A stretch of DNA of 64,000 nt, from positions 512,001-576,000 of the forward strand of contig CAVVPN010000012.1 of assembly GCA_963750165.1 (NCBI GenBank). Direction: 5' to 3'. The translations under genes were made by a program, and so were the position numbers. The stretch comes from an uncultured Gemmataceae bacterium. Lineage in GTDB: Bacteria; Planctomycetota; Planctomycetia; Gemmatales; Gemmataceae. Under the pieces are notes generated by a model. That model was not told the origin of the DNA, ran no database searches, and saw only the letters and a list, made by a program, of their open reading frames with translations. This document shows positions 28,790 to 40,188 of the stretch, piece after piece (the stretch's first letter is position 1; each line of letters opens with the position of its first letter).

Positions 28790-29256
28790 ATGCGCATGTC
28801 GGATTTCGTCGTCAAAGAGGCGATCATCCCGGACCTGAAAGCCACCACCAAGGAGGCCGTCATCCGCGAGATGGTCGAGAGCCTGCGCGGCCGGCTACTT
28901 CAAGGGCGGCGACCTGGACAACATCGTCAACGCCGTGCTCGCCCGTGAGCGGCTGGGCTCGACCGGCATCGGCCGCGCCGTGGCCATCCCGCACAGCAAG
29001 CACAGCACCGCCGACCGGCTGGTCGGCACCGTGGCCATCTCGCGCCGGCGTCAACTTCGACAGCCTGGACGGCGAACCGGTCCACGTGTTCGTGCTGCTG
29101 ATTTCGCCGCAGGACCGGCCCGGCGACCACCTCCGCGCCCTGGAGAACGTGTCCCGCAGCCTGCGCGACGACAATTTCGTGCGCAACCTGCGCGCCGCCA
29201 CCACCCGCGAGGCGATCCTGGCGCTGCTCGACGGCGCCGACCGTCCCACGACGTGA
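28790..29256 (+). CDS. ptsN: PTS IIA (Ntr/fructose type), two apparent 2-nt deletions near 28890 and 29045
   Basis: [12 protein letters not shown] / [18 protein letters not shown] / [12 protein letters not shown]...PGDHLRAL in three successive frames. Confidence 0.88.
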
Positions 29257-29357
29257 GGCGCCGCGGTGGCGTTGACGAACCACGACGTTTCGGCAACCGC
29301 TGGTGGTTGGGGCGCACGCATGGCGCCGACCGCCGGGAGTAGCAGAGTGCCGATGCC

Positions 29358-29663
29358 ATGAGCGCCGAACCGCTCCGGACCACGGTGACGATCACCAACA
29401 CCCAGGGGCTGCACATGCGCCCCGCGGCGGACTTCGTCAAGCTGGCCTCGACGTTCCAGAGCAGCGTGAACGTGCAGAAAAACGGCCAGCCGAGCGTGGA
29501 CGGCCGCAGCATGATCGGCCTGATGAGCCTGGTCGCGGAACAGGGCACGGAACTGACCCTGGAGGTGTCGGGCCCCGACCAGGAGCCGGCGCTGCAGGCG
29601 CTGGTCGCCTTGCTGGAGAACCTGAAGCAGGAAGACAACGGAAACGCCTCGGGCGCGCCGTGA
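29358..29663 (+). CDS. ptsH: Phosphocarrier protein HPr
   Basis: GLHMRPA (His15) and DGRSMIGLM (Ser46). Confidence 0.93.
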   Translation: MSAEPLRTTVTITNTQGLHMRPAADFVKLASTFQSSVNVQKNGQPSVDGRSMIGLMSLVAEQGTELTLEVSGPDQEPALQALVALLENLKQEDNGNASGAP

Positions 29664-29686
29664 AGAACCTGGAGGCACCGCCCGGC

Positions 29687-29731
29687 GCTCCGCGCCCGTT
29701 TTTCTACCGCTTGCGGCAGAAAAAAGAAGCC
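29687..29731. repeat. REP-like element, copy 2
   Basis: gctccgcgcccgtttttctaccgcttgcggcagaaaaaagaagcc, similar to 23416-23461. Confidence 0.75.
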
Positions 29732-29780
29732 ACAACCCCTCGCCACCCGCCCCGCGCGGGCGGCGGTTCGCGGATCACGC

Positions 29781-31526
29781 ATGGAAATCAAACGCGGCAT
29801 CCCCGTGTCCCCCGGCATCGCCCTGGGGCCGGCGCTGGTGCTCGACAACGAGGGCTTCCGCATTCCGCGCCGCTTCCTGGACGGCGACACGGCCGTGGAC
29901 GAGGTGCAGCGTCTGCACGCGGCCCTGGCCGCCGCCGCCCGCGATGCCCGCGAGCAGGAACGCGCCATCTCCGCCAAGCTCGGCAAGCAGTACGGCGCCA
30001 TCTTCGCCGCCCACGCGCTGCTCATCGAGGACCCCGCGCTGCTGCGCGAGGTCGAGCACCTGATCCGCGACCAGGAAAACACCGCCGAGTACGCCGTCAG
30101 CCGCGTCATCCGCCGCCACGTCAAGGTGCTGGAGGCCCTGGAGCGCGGCCCCCTGGCCCTGCGCACCGCCGACCTGTTCGACATCGAAAAATCCATCCTC
30201 CGCCACCTGCTCGGCGAACGCCGCGAATCGCTCAGCCATCTGCGTCAACCGGTCATCATCCTGGCCCACGACCTGACGCCCAGCGAGACCGCCCAGCTCG
30301 ACCGCCGCATGGTCCACGCCTTCGTCACCGAGGCCGGCGGCCGGGCCAGCCACACTGCCATCATGGCCGGCGTGCTGGAGATTCCCGCGGTCGTCGGCGT
30401 CGGTCGCTTTTTGACGAACGTCTCCGGCGGCGACGAGGTGATCGTGGACGGCACCCGCGGCGTCGTCATCCTCAACCCGGACGACGAAACGCGCGAGCGC
30501 TATGAACAGACGCGGACCAGCTTCCGCACCTTCGAAAGTCAGCTCGGCGCGCTGCGCGACCTGCCGGCCGAGACGCGCGACGGCACGCGGGTGGAGTTGT
30601 TCGGCAACATCGAGTTCCCCTCGGAGGCCGCCCACTGCCGCGAGCGCGGCGCCGCTGGCGTCGGCCTGTACCGCACCGAGTTCCTGTACCTGAACAAGGA
30701 CACGGACCCGACGGAGGCCGAGCACGTCGATGCGTACCTGACGGTGCTGCGCACGTTGGGGCCGGGGCCGGTGGTGATCCGCACGCTGGACCTGGGAGGG
30801 GACAAGTTCTCCCCCGCGGCGGACGTGAGCCGCGACGAACGCAATCCCTCGCTGGGCCTGCGCAGCGTTCGGCTGTGCCTGCGGAATTTGACCTTGTTCA
30901 AAACGCAAATGCGTGCCATCCTGAGAGCGAGTGCTTTCGGAGACGTGCGCATCATGTTTCCGATGGTCAGCACGCTGCTGGAACTGCGGCAGTGCAAACT
31001 GATTCTGGCCGAGGTCAAGGAGGATCTGGAGGACGAAGGCATCCCCTTTAACCGGAAGTTGCCCGTGGGGACGATGATCGAGGTGCCGTCCGCCGCGATT
31101 TTGGCGGACCAGTTTGCCCGCGAAGTGAATTTCTTTTCCCTCGGCACCAACGATCTGATTCAATACACCCTGGCGGCCGACCGCACCAACGAAACCGTGG
31201 CCGCGCTGTACAGCGCGGGCGATCCAGCGGTGCTACGGTTGATCGAGCATGTGGTGCAGTCGGCGCAGCGCCAGAAGATAGATGTCAGCGTGTGCGGCGA
31301 GATGAGCGGCGACCCGATTTACACGATGTTGCTCGTGGGCATGGGCTTACGCCAGCTGAGCGTCGCGCCGCAGAATCTGCCGGAGATCAAGAAGGTCATC
31401 CGGTCCATCACCGTTGAGGAAGCCACTCAGGTCGCCCGGGAAGCGCTCCGCCTCGAAACGGCGCGCGACGTGAATAATTACTTGCGGGAACAAACCCGCC
31501 GAATCCTCCCGGAGTTGGTGAACTGA
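29781..31526 (+). CDS. ptsI: PEP-protein phosphotransferase (PTS enzyme I)
   Basis: GGRASHTAI, GLYRTEF, RTLDLGGDK, NPSLGLR, GTNDLIQY, CGEM. Confidence 0.95.
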   Translation: MEIKRGIPVSPGIALGPALVLDNEGFRIPRRFLDGDTAVDEVQRLHAALAAAARDAREQERAISAKLGKQYGAIFAAHALLIEDPALLREVEHLIRDQENTAEYAVSRVIRRHVKVLEALERGPLALRTADLFDIEKSILRHLLGERRESLSHLRQPVIILAHDLTPSETAQLDRRMVHAFVTEAGGRASHTAIMAGVLEIPAVVGVGRFLTNVSGGDEVIVDGTRGVVILNPDDETRERYEQTRTSFRTFESQLGALRDLPAETRDGTRVELFGNIEFPSEAAHCRERGAAGVGLYRTEFLYLNKDTDPTEAEHVDAYLTVLRTLGPGPVVIRTLDLGGDKFSPAADVSRDERNPSLGLRSVRLCLRNLTLFKTQMRAILRASAFGDVRIMFPMVSTLLELRQCKLILAEVKEDLEDEGIPFNRKLPVGTMIEVPSAAILADQFAREVNFFSLGTNDLIQYTLAADRTNETVAALYSAGDPAVLRLIEHVVQSAQRQKIDVSVCGEMSGDPIYTMLLVGMGLRQLSVAPQNLPEIKKVIRSITVEEATQVAREALRLETARDVNNYLREQTRRILPELVN

Positions 31527-31765
31527 CCGGGGGAAGGAAATCGACCAGGCTTCTGCGTCTCGCGCCGGCGGCGTCGCCGGCCGACGGTTCGCCGTCCCGA
31601 GTCCCCGCCCCGGCCGTTCCCTTCCCCTCTTCCCGCTCCCCGGGTGGCCCCCGGTCCCGGACGGATTCACTTTTTTGGGCCCGGAAGTGCAGCCGGCGTG
31701 GCCTCGCCCCATTGCCGCGGTCGCACCTCCCGCAGACTCCCCGCCCCAACGGGGATGAGTGAGCA

Positions 31766-32638
31766 ATGGCGTCCGACCCTTCGCAACCTGCTCCCGCCGC
31801 GCCTTCGGTCGCCGCCGCGCCGCCGCGCACCAAGATCCGCCTCCGCTTTCGCAAGGACGGCGACCTCCGCCTTGTCAGCCACCATGATTTGATGAAGGTC
31901 TTCGAGCGCATGTTCCGCCGGGCCGCCCTGCCGGTGGCGCGGACGCAGGGTTTTCATCCGACGCCGCGCATGGTCTTCGCCTCGTCGCTGGCGCTGGGCA
32001 TCGTCGGCTGCGAGGAAGTCCTGGAACTCGTGCTGGACGCGCCGCTCACGCCCGAGGAAGTGCGACACACCCTGTCCCGCCAGACGCCGCCCGGCCTGAC
32101 CATCCTGACCGCTAAAACGATCGACTACAAACTCACCGGACAGGCGCGGAGCGTTTGCTATCGGGTGCCGCTGCCCTCGGAGCCCGTCTCTTGTCCGAGC
32201 CCGAGCGCCAGCGAGGGGCCTGCTGTGCCCCGCGCTGGCGCTCGGGCTCCGACCAGCGCGCGTGACTTGTCGCGACGCATCGAGGAATTGCTGCAAGCCA
32301 CGGAATGCTGGGTCGAGCGCAGCCGCCCCGCCCGCCGGCGCCTGGACGTGCGACCGCTGCTCCGCGCCCTGCGCCTGAGCCCCGATCATCTGGAGATGGA
32401 ATTGTGGATGACGCCAACCGGCGCCGCTCGGCCGGAGGAGGTGCTGGGCCTGCTGGGCCTGGGCCCTCTGCTGGAGGCTGGCGCAGTGCTGGAGCGCACC
32501 CGCCTGGAATTACACGACGAAACACACGAAACCGGCCCCGTGCCCCAATCGCAGGAACTCCGGGACAAACCCACCCGGGAGGGCCCGGCGCAGCGCCCGA
32601 CGGCGCTGCTCCCGGGCCCCCTGTCGTTTGACGCCTGA
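31766..32638 (+). CDS. TIGR03936/DUF2344 radical-SAM-associated protein
   Basis: RLRFRKDGDLRLVSHHDLMKVFERMFRRAALP...GFHPTPRM; lies directly upstream of rne. Confidence 0.88.
   Translation: MASDPSQPAPAAPSVAAAPPRTKIRLRFRKDGDLRLVSHHDLMKVFERMFRRAALPVARTQGFHPTPRMVFASSLALGIVGCEEVLELVLDAPLTPEEVRHTLSRQTPPGLTILTAKTIDYKLTGQARSVCYRVPLPSEPVSCPSPSASEGPAVPRAGARAPTSARDLSRRIEELLQATECWVERSRPARRRLDVRPLLRALRLSPDHLEMELWMTPTGAARPEEVLGLLGLGPLLEAGAVLERTRLELHDETHETGPVPQSQELRDKPTREGPAQRPTALLPGPLSFDA
32193..32253. repeat. REP-like palindrome inside a coding sequence
   Basis: gagcccgagcgccagcg / cgctggcgctcgggctc arms; the same arm occurs intergenically at about 11101-11120. Confidence 0.75.
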
Positions 32639-32688
32639 GGGCCCTCACCGCACCCGGCCGGCTTCCTCCGGCGGGAAGGAAGGAACTC

Positions 32689-35146
<2,458 letters not shown>

Positions 35147-35157
35147 AAACAGAGAGA

Positions 35158-35244
35158 AACCGCCAGGACGCCACGGACGCCAAGAAGACAAAATCAAAAT
35201 AATTTGGATTTTGTCTTCTTGGCGTCCGTGGCGTCCTGGCGGTT
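35158..35244. repeat. 38-bp perfect hairpin with 9-mer units
   Basis: aaccgccaggacgccacggacgccaagaagacaaaatc and its exact reverse complement. Confidence 0.85.
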
Positions 35245-35251
35245 CTCACAA

Positions 35252-35350
35252 GGAGGCGCCGAACAACAACTTCCAAGAGTAGGACGGCTCTCCAGAGCCG
35301 TCGGGACGGCTCTGGAGAGCCGTCCTACGAAGTTGTTGTTCGGCGCCTCC
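35252..35350. repeat. Composite nested palindrome (REP doublet inside 22-bp inverted repeats)
   Basis: Outer 35252-35273/35329-35350; inner 35279-35302/35305-35328. Confidence 0.85.
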
Positions 35351-35356
35351 AAGGAT

Positions 35357-36379
35357 ATGCACACCATGACGACCACTGAGGACTGGGGCTTCGAGGAACT
35401 GCGGGCCGAGGCCGAGGCGGTGCGTCAGCGCCTCAATCACTTCCGCAAAGCGCTGGGCCGATTCTTCGTCAACAAGCAGGAATTGATCGACCTGATGCTG
35501 GTCGCGGCCATCGCCCAGGAACCGCTGCTGCTGGTCGGACCGCCCGGCACCGCCAAGTCCGACCTCGTGCTCAAGTTCAAGGACGCGCTGGGATTGGGGG
35601 AGGGCGATTACTTTGAATACATGCTCACGCGCTTCACCGAGCCGTCGGAGATCATCGGGCCCATTGATATTAGTTTGCTGCGCGAGGGCCGCTACATCCG
35701 CCGCGAACAGGGCAAACTACCGACTGCGCGGCTGGCGTTCCTCGATGAGATTTTCAAGTCGAACTCGGCGATTCTGAACATCCTGCTGACGATCATTAAC
35801 GAGCGGAAGTTCTACCAGGACGGCGTACCGCAGCCGGTGCGCCTGCGTGTGCTGTTCGCGGCGACCAACGAGGTGCCCGAGCAGGGCGAGTTGGCGGCGC
35901 TCAAGGACCGCTTCGTGCTCAAGGCCGAGAGCCGGTCGGTGCAGGAGGAGTTCTTCACGGAACTGATCGACGCGGGGCTGCAAGCGGAGGTGTACCGCAG
36001 CCTGAATCAGCGACCCTGGGTCGAGGATCACGCCACGCTCGACGACATTCTCAAGGCGAACCGCTATTTGACGTACCTGTTCAGCAAGAAGAAAGCGGGC
36101 GGCCGCGGCGACGAGCAGAACGACCGGCAAACGTTCTTCCCGGCGGAGGTGTTCCGCGAGTTCCAGCGGCTCGTCAAGACGTTGGTGCGCGAGGACCGTA
36201 TCTTCGTCAGCGACCGCAAACTGGTCAAGTTGTACAAGCTGTTTCGCATCCGTAGCTGGCTGTTCACTGGCGGCACCGTGACGCGCGACGACCTGCGGCT
36301 GTTGACGTATCTGGGGGAGACGCACCAGGAGATGGCGCTGCTGCGCGACAAGGTGCCGCTGCTGCTGGGGGATGCGTGA
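35357..36379 (+). CDS. MoxR/RavA-like AAA+ ATPase
   Basis: GPPGTAKS, LTRFTEPSE, FLDEIFK, ATNE, ALKDRF, SDRK. Confidence 0.9.
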   Translation: MHTMTTTEDWGFEELRAEAEAVRQRLNHFRKALGRFFVNKQELIDLMLVAAIAQEPLLLVGPPGTAKSDLVLKFKDALGLGEGDYFEYMLTRFTEPSEIIGPIDISLLREGRYIRREQGKLPTARLAFLDEIFKSNSAILNILLTIINERKFYQDGVPQPVRLRVLFAATNEVPEQGELAALKDRFVLKAESRSVQEEFFTELIDAGLQAEVYRSLNQRPWVEDHATLDDILKANRYLTYLFSKKKAGGRGDEQNDRQTFFPAEVFREFQRLVKTLVREDRIFVSDRKLVKLYKLFRIRSWLFTGGTVTRDDLRLLTYLGETHQEMALLRDKVPLLLGDA

Positions 36380-36526
36380 ACCGTGAGAACTTCCGTCCCC
36401 GGCAAGAGTTTGAGCAATTCGTCGGTGACTTGCTTCAAGCCGCCTGTGCCAGAACTTGCAGCAGGCCAACCATGAAGGCTCTTTCTGGGTGGATTGGCCG
36501 CGAACAGATGTGCGTCTGGTCGGTTC

Positions 36527-37435
36527 TCACGCCACCGCCTGGTTCGGCAGCGCCGCGCTGAGCGGCTTGAACGCCTTGAGCACCAGGACGCGGCCGAGCA
36601 CACGCTCAAGGATCGGCAGCGGCACCCAGCGCCACAGGTGCGGCACCTCAGCGCGGCGCAGCTGGCGCTTGTGAACGCGCTGCTCCACGAAGCGCCCGAA
36701 CAACCGCCGCAACTGGCGGCGTGAGAAGCGCTCGCCCGACCCGGGAGTGGACTGCCGGCCGCCCAGCCACTGCTCCCAGAAGAACAGCGTGCGCCGCCAG
36801 AAAACCACGTCGTAGCGGGCCGGCGTCACCGCCAGCACCTTGCCGCCCGGCTTCAGCACCCGGTATACCTCGTCCACGACCGCCGGCACGTTATTCACCG
36901 CTTCCAGCAGCGCACTGATGCACACCACGTCGATGCTCGCCGGCTCCAGCGGCAGGCAATAGGGGGCGGCGTGCAGAAAGCGGCCCGGCAGGCCGCGCAG
37001 CTCGAAGTTGCGGCGCACCAGCGCCAGCTGGGCGCTGCTGGGGCTGCACACCACCACGGCGGCGCCGTGGCGGGCGTACTGCACCCAGTCGGTGCCGAGG
37101 CCGTGGCCCAGGCCCAGGAGCGTTTCGCCGGTGTGCTTGGAGAATTCGAGCAGGCGGGGGATCCAGCGACCGCGGCGAGCGTGGCGCTGAGCTTCGACGT
37201 GCAGATACCATTGCAGCGTGAACGGTTCGGGCTCTTCTTCGCGGTGCCGGTCGGCCGGCGGGTTGAGCACTTCCAGGGCGAACAGGTGTTCCGCCAGGTC
37301 AGCGGGGCTCAGGGAGTGGAGTTGATCGTGCGTCAGGGCTGGGGCAGGCGGTCGCGGCCACCCGGACGGTTCGCCCAGCACCGACCGCGCGGGACCCTGC
37401 CAGAGACGCAGTTTACTGGGGTAGGAACTGTCCAT
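36527..37435 (-). CDS. Class I SAM-dependent methyltransferase-like protein
   Basis: LGLGHGLGTD, SIDVV, EVYRVLKPGG. Confidence 0.8.
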   Translation of the reverse strand: MDSSYPSKLRLWQGPARSVLGEPSGWPRPPAPALTHDQLHSLSPADLAEHLFALEVLNPPADRHREEEPEPFTLQWYLHVEAQRHARRGRWIPRLLEFSKHTGETLLGLGHGLGTDWVQYARHGAAVVVCSPSSAQLALVRRNFELRGLPGRFLHAAPYCLPLEPASIDVVCISALLEAVNNVPAVVDEVYRVLKPGGKVLAVTPARYDVVFWRRTLFFWEQWLGGRQSTPGSGERFSRRQLRRLFGRFVEQRVHKRQLRRAEVPHLWRWVPLPILERVLGRVLVLKAFKPLSAALPNQAVA

Positions 37436-37677
37436 GTTACCTCTTCCCGACGGGGCGCCCGGCCGACTCCTTCGGCCGCCCGTTTGAGGGACGCCAGGGG
37501 TGCGGAATAGCCCATTTCCCGATGGGGGTCAAGTTCAGTTTGGTCCCGGCGCGCGTTCCCGCGCCAAAATCCCCCGGCCTCCCCTTTCTTTTCCCTTGGC
37601 CGCTGCTCCCCGCCCCGACATAATGAAAGAGAGTATGTTCGAGCAGACACCGACGTGCTGATTGTGAGCCGACCATC

Positions 37678-38754
37678 GTGACCTTGCCGCTTGTGACCGA
37701 ACCGTTGCCCGGCGTCCTGAACGTGTCCCGTGACCGCCTGCACACCTGGCTGGGGGAGCACGGGCAGCCCCCGCTGCGCGCCCGCCAGGTGCGCCGCTGG
37801 CTCCTTGCCGCGGGCGCCGAGTCGTTCGAGCAGATGACCGATCTGCCGAAGGGCCTGCGCGAGCAACTGGCCGCCGCCTTCGCGCCGCTGGAAACGGCCG
37901 TCGCCTGCCATCAGGAGTCGGCCGACCACACGCACAAGCTGCTGCTGCGCCTGCGCGACGGCTGCCTGGTTGAGTGCGTGTTGATCCAGGAGGACAGCCG
38001 CCGCACCGCCTGCGTCAGCACCCAGGTCGGCTGCGGCATGGGCTGCGCCTTCTGCGCCAGCGGTATCGGCGGTGTTGAACGGAACCTGACCGCCGGCGAG
38101 ATCGTCGAACAGTTGGTGCGGCTGCGCAACCTGCCCGACCCGCTGGGCCAGTCCGCCCGGCTGACGCACATGGTCGTGATGGGCATGGGCGAGCCACTGG
38201 CCAACCTGGACAACCTCCTCGCGGCGCTGGAGGTGGCGACGAGCAAGGACGGCCTTGGCATCGGCGCCCGCCACGTCACCATTTCGACCGTGGGGCTGCC
38301 GGCGAAGATTCGGCAGCTGGCGGAGCTGGGCCGGCAGTACCATCTGGCGGTGTCGCTGCACGCCGCCAACGACGCGCTGCGGGCGCGGATCGTCCAGACG
38401 CACGCCAAAAACGGCCTGGCGGCGATCCTGGAGGCGGCGGACGCTTTCCAGGAAAAGACGGGCCGGCAGGTGACGTTCGAGTACGTGCTGCTGCGCGACG
38501 TGAACGACACGGTGAGCCACGGCCGCGAACTGGCCCGGTTGCTGGCGGGGCGGCAGGCACACGTCAACGTGATTCCGTTCAACGACGTGGAGGGCCTGTC
38601 CTATCGGCGGCCGACGCCCGAGGCGCTGGCGGCGTTCCTGGCGCCGCTGCGGCAGAGCGGCGTCAGCGTCAAGGTGCGCAAGCGCAAGGGCTCGGAGATC
38701 GACGCGGCGTGCGGCCAGTTGCGGCGCCGGCAGTCATTAGTCAATAGTCATTAG
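37678..38754 (+). CDS. rlmN: 23S rRNA m2A2503 radical SAM methyltransferase
   Basis: CVSTQVGCGMGCAFC, MGMGEP, SLHA, EYVLL, IDAACGQL. Confidence 0.95.
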   Translation: MTLPLVTEPLPGVLNVSRDRLHTWLGEHGQPPLRARQVRRWLLAAGAESFEQMTDLPKGLREQLAAAFAPLETAVACHQESADHTHKLLLRLRDGCLVECVLIQEDSRRTACVSTQVGCGMGCAFCASGIGGVERNLTAGEIVEQLVRLRNLPDPLGQSARLTHMVVMGMGEPLANLDNLLAALEVATSKDGLGIGARHVTISTVGLPAKIRQLAELGRQYHLAVSLHAANDALRARIVQTHAKNGLAAILEAADAFQEKTGRQVTFEYVLLRDVNDTVSHGRELARLLAGRQAHVNVIPFNDVEGLSYRRPTPEALAAFLAPLRQSGVSVKVRKRKGSEIDAACGQLRRRQSLVNSH

Positions 38755-38852
38755 TCAATAGTCATTAGTCATTAGTTACCAGAATCGCGGCCAGGGACAG
38801 AAACCCAGATGACTAATGACTATTGACTATTGACTAATGACTGCCGGCGCCG
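38722..38852. repeat. Inverted arrays of heptamer repeats (GTCAWTA / TGACTAW)
   Basis: About six gtca(t/a)ta units, then four to five tgacta(a/t) units; 29-bp IR 38722-38750/38824-38852 includes the rlmN 3' end. Confidence 0.85.
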
Positions 38853-38882
38853 ACCGAAACCCTCCGCGGCGGCGCTGGTTTA

Positions 38883-39581
38883 ATGGATACGGAGGCGGCC
38901 ACCATCCCGGCACCCGAGGCAGCCGTGTCAACGACCGGCGAGACCAGCCAGCAACTGGCCCTCCGCGACCCAGACATCCGCCGGATGCTACGGGTTCGGG
39001 ACGACGACGCGACCGCCTTCACCGAACTGGTCGAGCTGTACCAGCACCGGTTGGTGACGGTGATGCACCACCTGGTCGGCAACAAGGAAGAGGCTGAGGA
39101 TCTCGCCCAGGAAGTGTTCTTGCGCGTCTACCGGGTGCGCAAGAAGTATCGACCGCGGGCCAAATTTTCTACCTGGCTGTTTACCATCGCCAACAACCTG
39201 GCGCTCAACGCCCTGCGGACTCGCCAGCGCAAGCCGGTTGTGCCGCTCGACGTGCGCGACTCCGGGCCGCTTGGCCCACGCCCCGCTGAGCAGCTGGTGC
39301 GCGACCGCAGCGACCAGCCGGGCGCGCGCATCCAGCAGCAGGAGCTGGCGGTCGTCATCCAGCAGGCTCTGGAGGGCCTCAACGAACGGCAGCGCGCTGC
39401 GGTCGTGCTCAACAAGTTCGAGGACATGAACTACGCCGAGATCGCCGAGGTCATGGGCCTGACCACCAAGGCCGTCAAGTCGCTGCTGAGCCGGGCCCGT
39501 GAAAACCTCCGCCTCGCCCTCAAGGATTATGTCTACATGGACGGCCAACCCATCCCCAGTGCGCCCGACGAGGGGCCGTGA
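38883..39581 (+). CDS. ECF sigma factor
   Basis: EAEDLAQEVFLRVY, FSTWLFTIANN, YAEIAEVMG...AVKSLLSRAR. Confidence 0.93.
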   Translation: MDTEAATIPAPEAAVSTTGETSQQLALRDPDIRRMLRVRDDDATAFTELVELYQHRLVTVMHHLVGNKEEAEDLAQEVFLRVYRVRKKYRPRAKFSTWLFTIANNLALNALRTRQRKPVVPLDVRDSGPLGPRPAEQLVRDRSDQPGARIQQQELAVVIQQALEGLNERQRAAVVLNKFEDMNYAEIAEVMGLTTKAVKSLLSRARENLRLALKDYVYMDGQPIPSAPDEGP

Positions 39582-39590
39582 CCCTTTTCC

Positions 39591-39645
39591 GTAGTGCAGG
39601 CGGCCCGCCTGCACAGACAGCGTGCAGGCGGGCCGCCTGCACCAC
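39591..39645. repeat. REP doublet
   Basis: gtagtgcaggcggcccgcctgcac / gtgcaggcgggccgcctgcaccac. Confidence 0.8.
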
Positions 39646-39654
39646 GGGGGCTCC

Positions 39655-40176
39655 ATGCCGCACCTGAGTGACAACGACCGACAGAACCTGGTGGCCTACC
39701 TCGACGGCGAACTCGACGCGGCGACAGCGCACGCGCTGGAGTCGAAGCTGAGCCTCAACCCGCTGGCCCGCGCCGAGGCCGAGGCGTTGCGTCGCACCTG
39801 GGAACTGCTCGACTACCTGCCGCGGCCCGAGCCCTCCACCGACTTCACCAATCGCACGCTGTCGAAGCTGTCAGTGCAGCCGATCACCGGCAAGCAAACG
39901 CTGCTGGTCCGGCCCCGGCGGCGCTGGCTGGCGGCGCTGGCCTGGGCGGCCGCGGTACTGCTCGCCGCGGCCGGCGGCTACGGCGGCGCCGAGCTGCTCT
40001 GGCCGCCGCGGCCCGCCCCCACCGTCGCCGAGGAGGGGACCGCCGACGTGGACGAAACCCTGGCCCGCCACCTCGGCGTCATCGAGAATCGAGCCCTGTT
40101 CGAGGCCGCCGAGAACCTGGACTTCCTGCGGGCCCTCGACCAACCGGACCTGTTCGGCGACGACGCCGACTCGTGA
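39655..40176 (+). CDS. Transmembrane anti-sigma factor
   Basis: LVAYLDGELD N-terminus, one TM helix, directly downstream of the ECF gene. Confidence 0.85.
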   Translation: MPHLSDNDRQNLVAYLDGELDAATAHALESKLSLNPLARAEAEALRRTWELLDYLPRPEPSTDFTNRTLSKLSVQPITGKQTLLVRPRRRWLAALAWAAAVLLAAAGGYGGAELLWPPRPAPTVAEEGTADVDETLARHLGVIENRALFEAAENLDFLRALDQPDLFGDDADS

Positions 40177-40188
40177 GGGAGACCGCCC

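Noticed and set aside
38732..38843. CRISPR array
   Set aside because: 7-nt tandem units without spacers; no cas genes.
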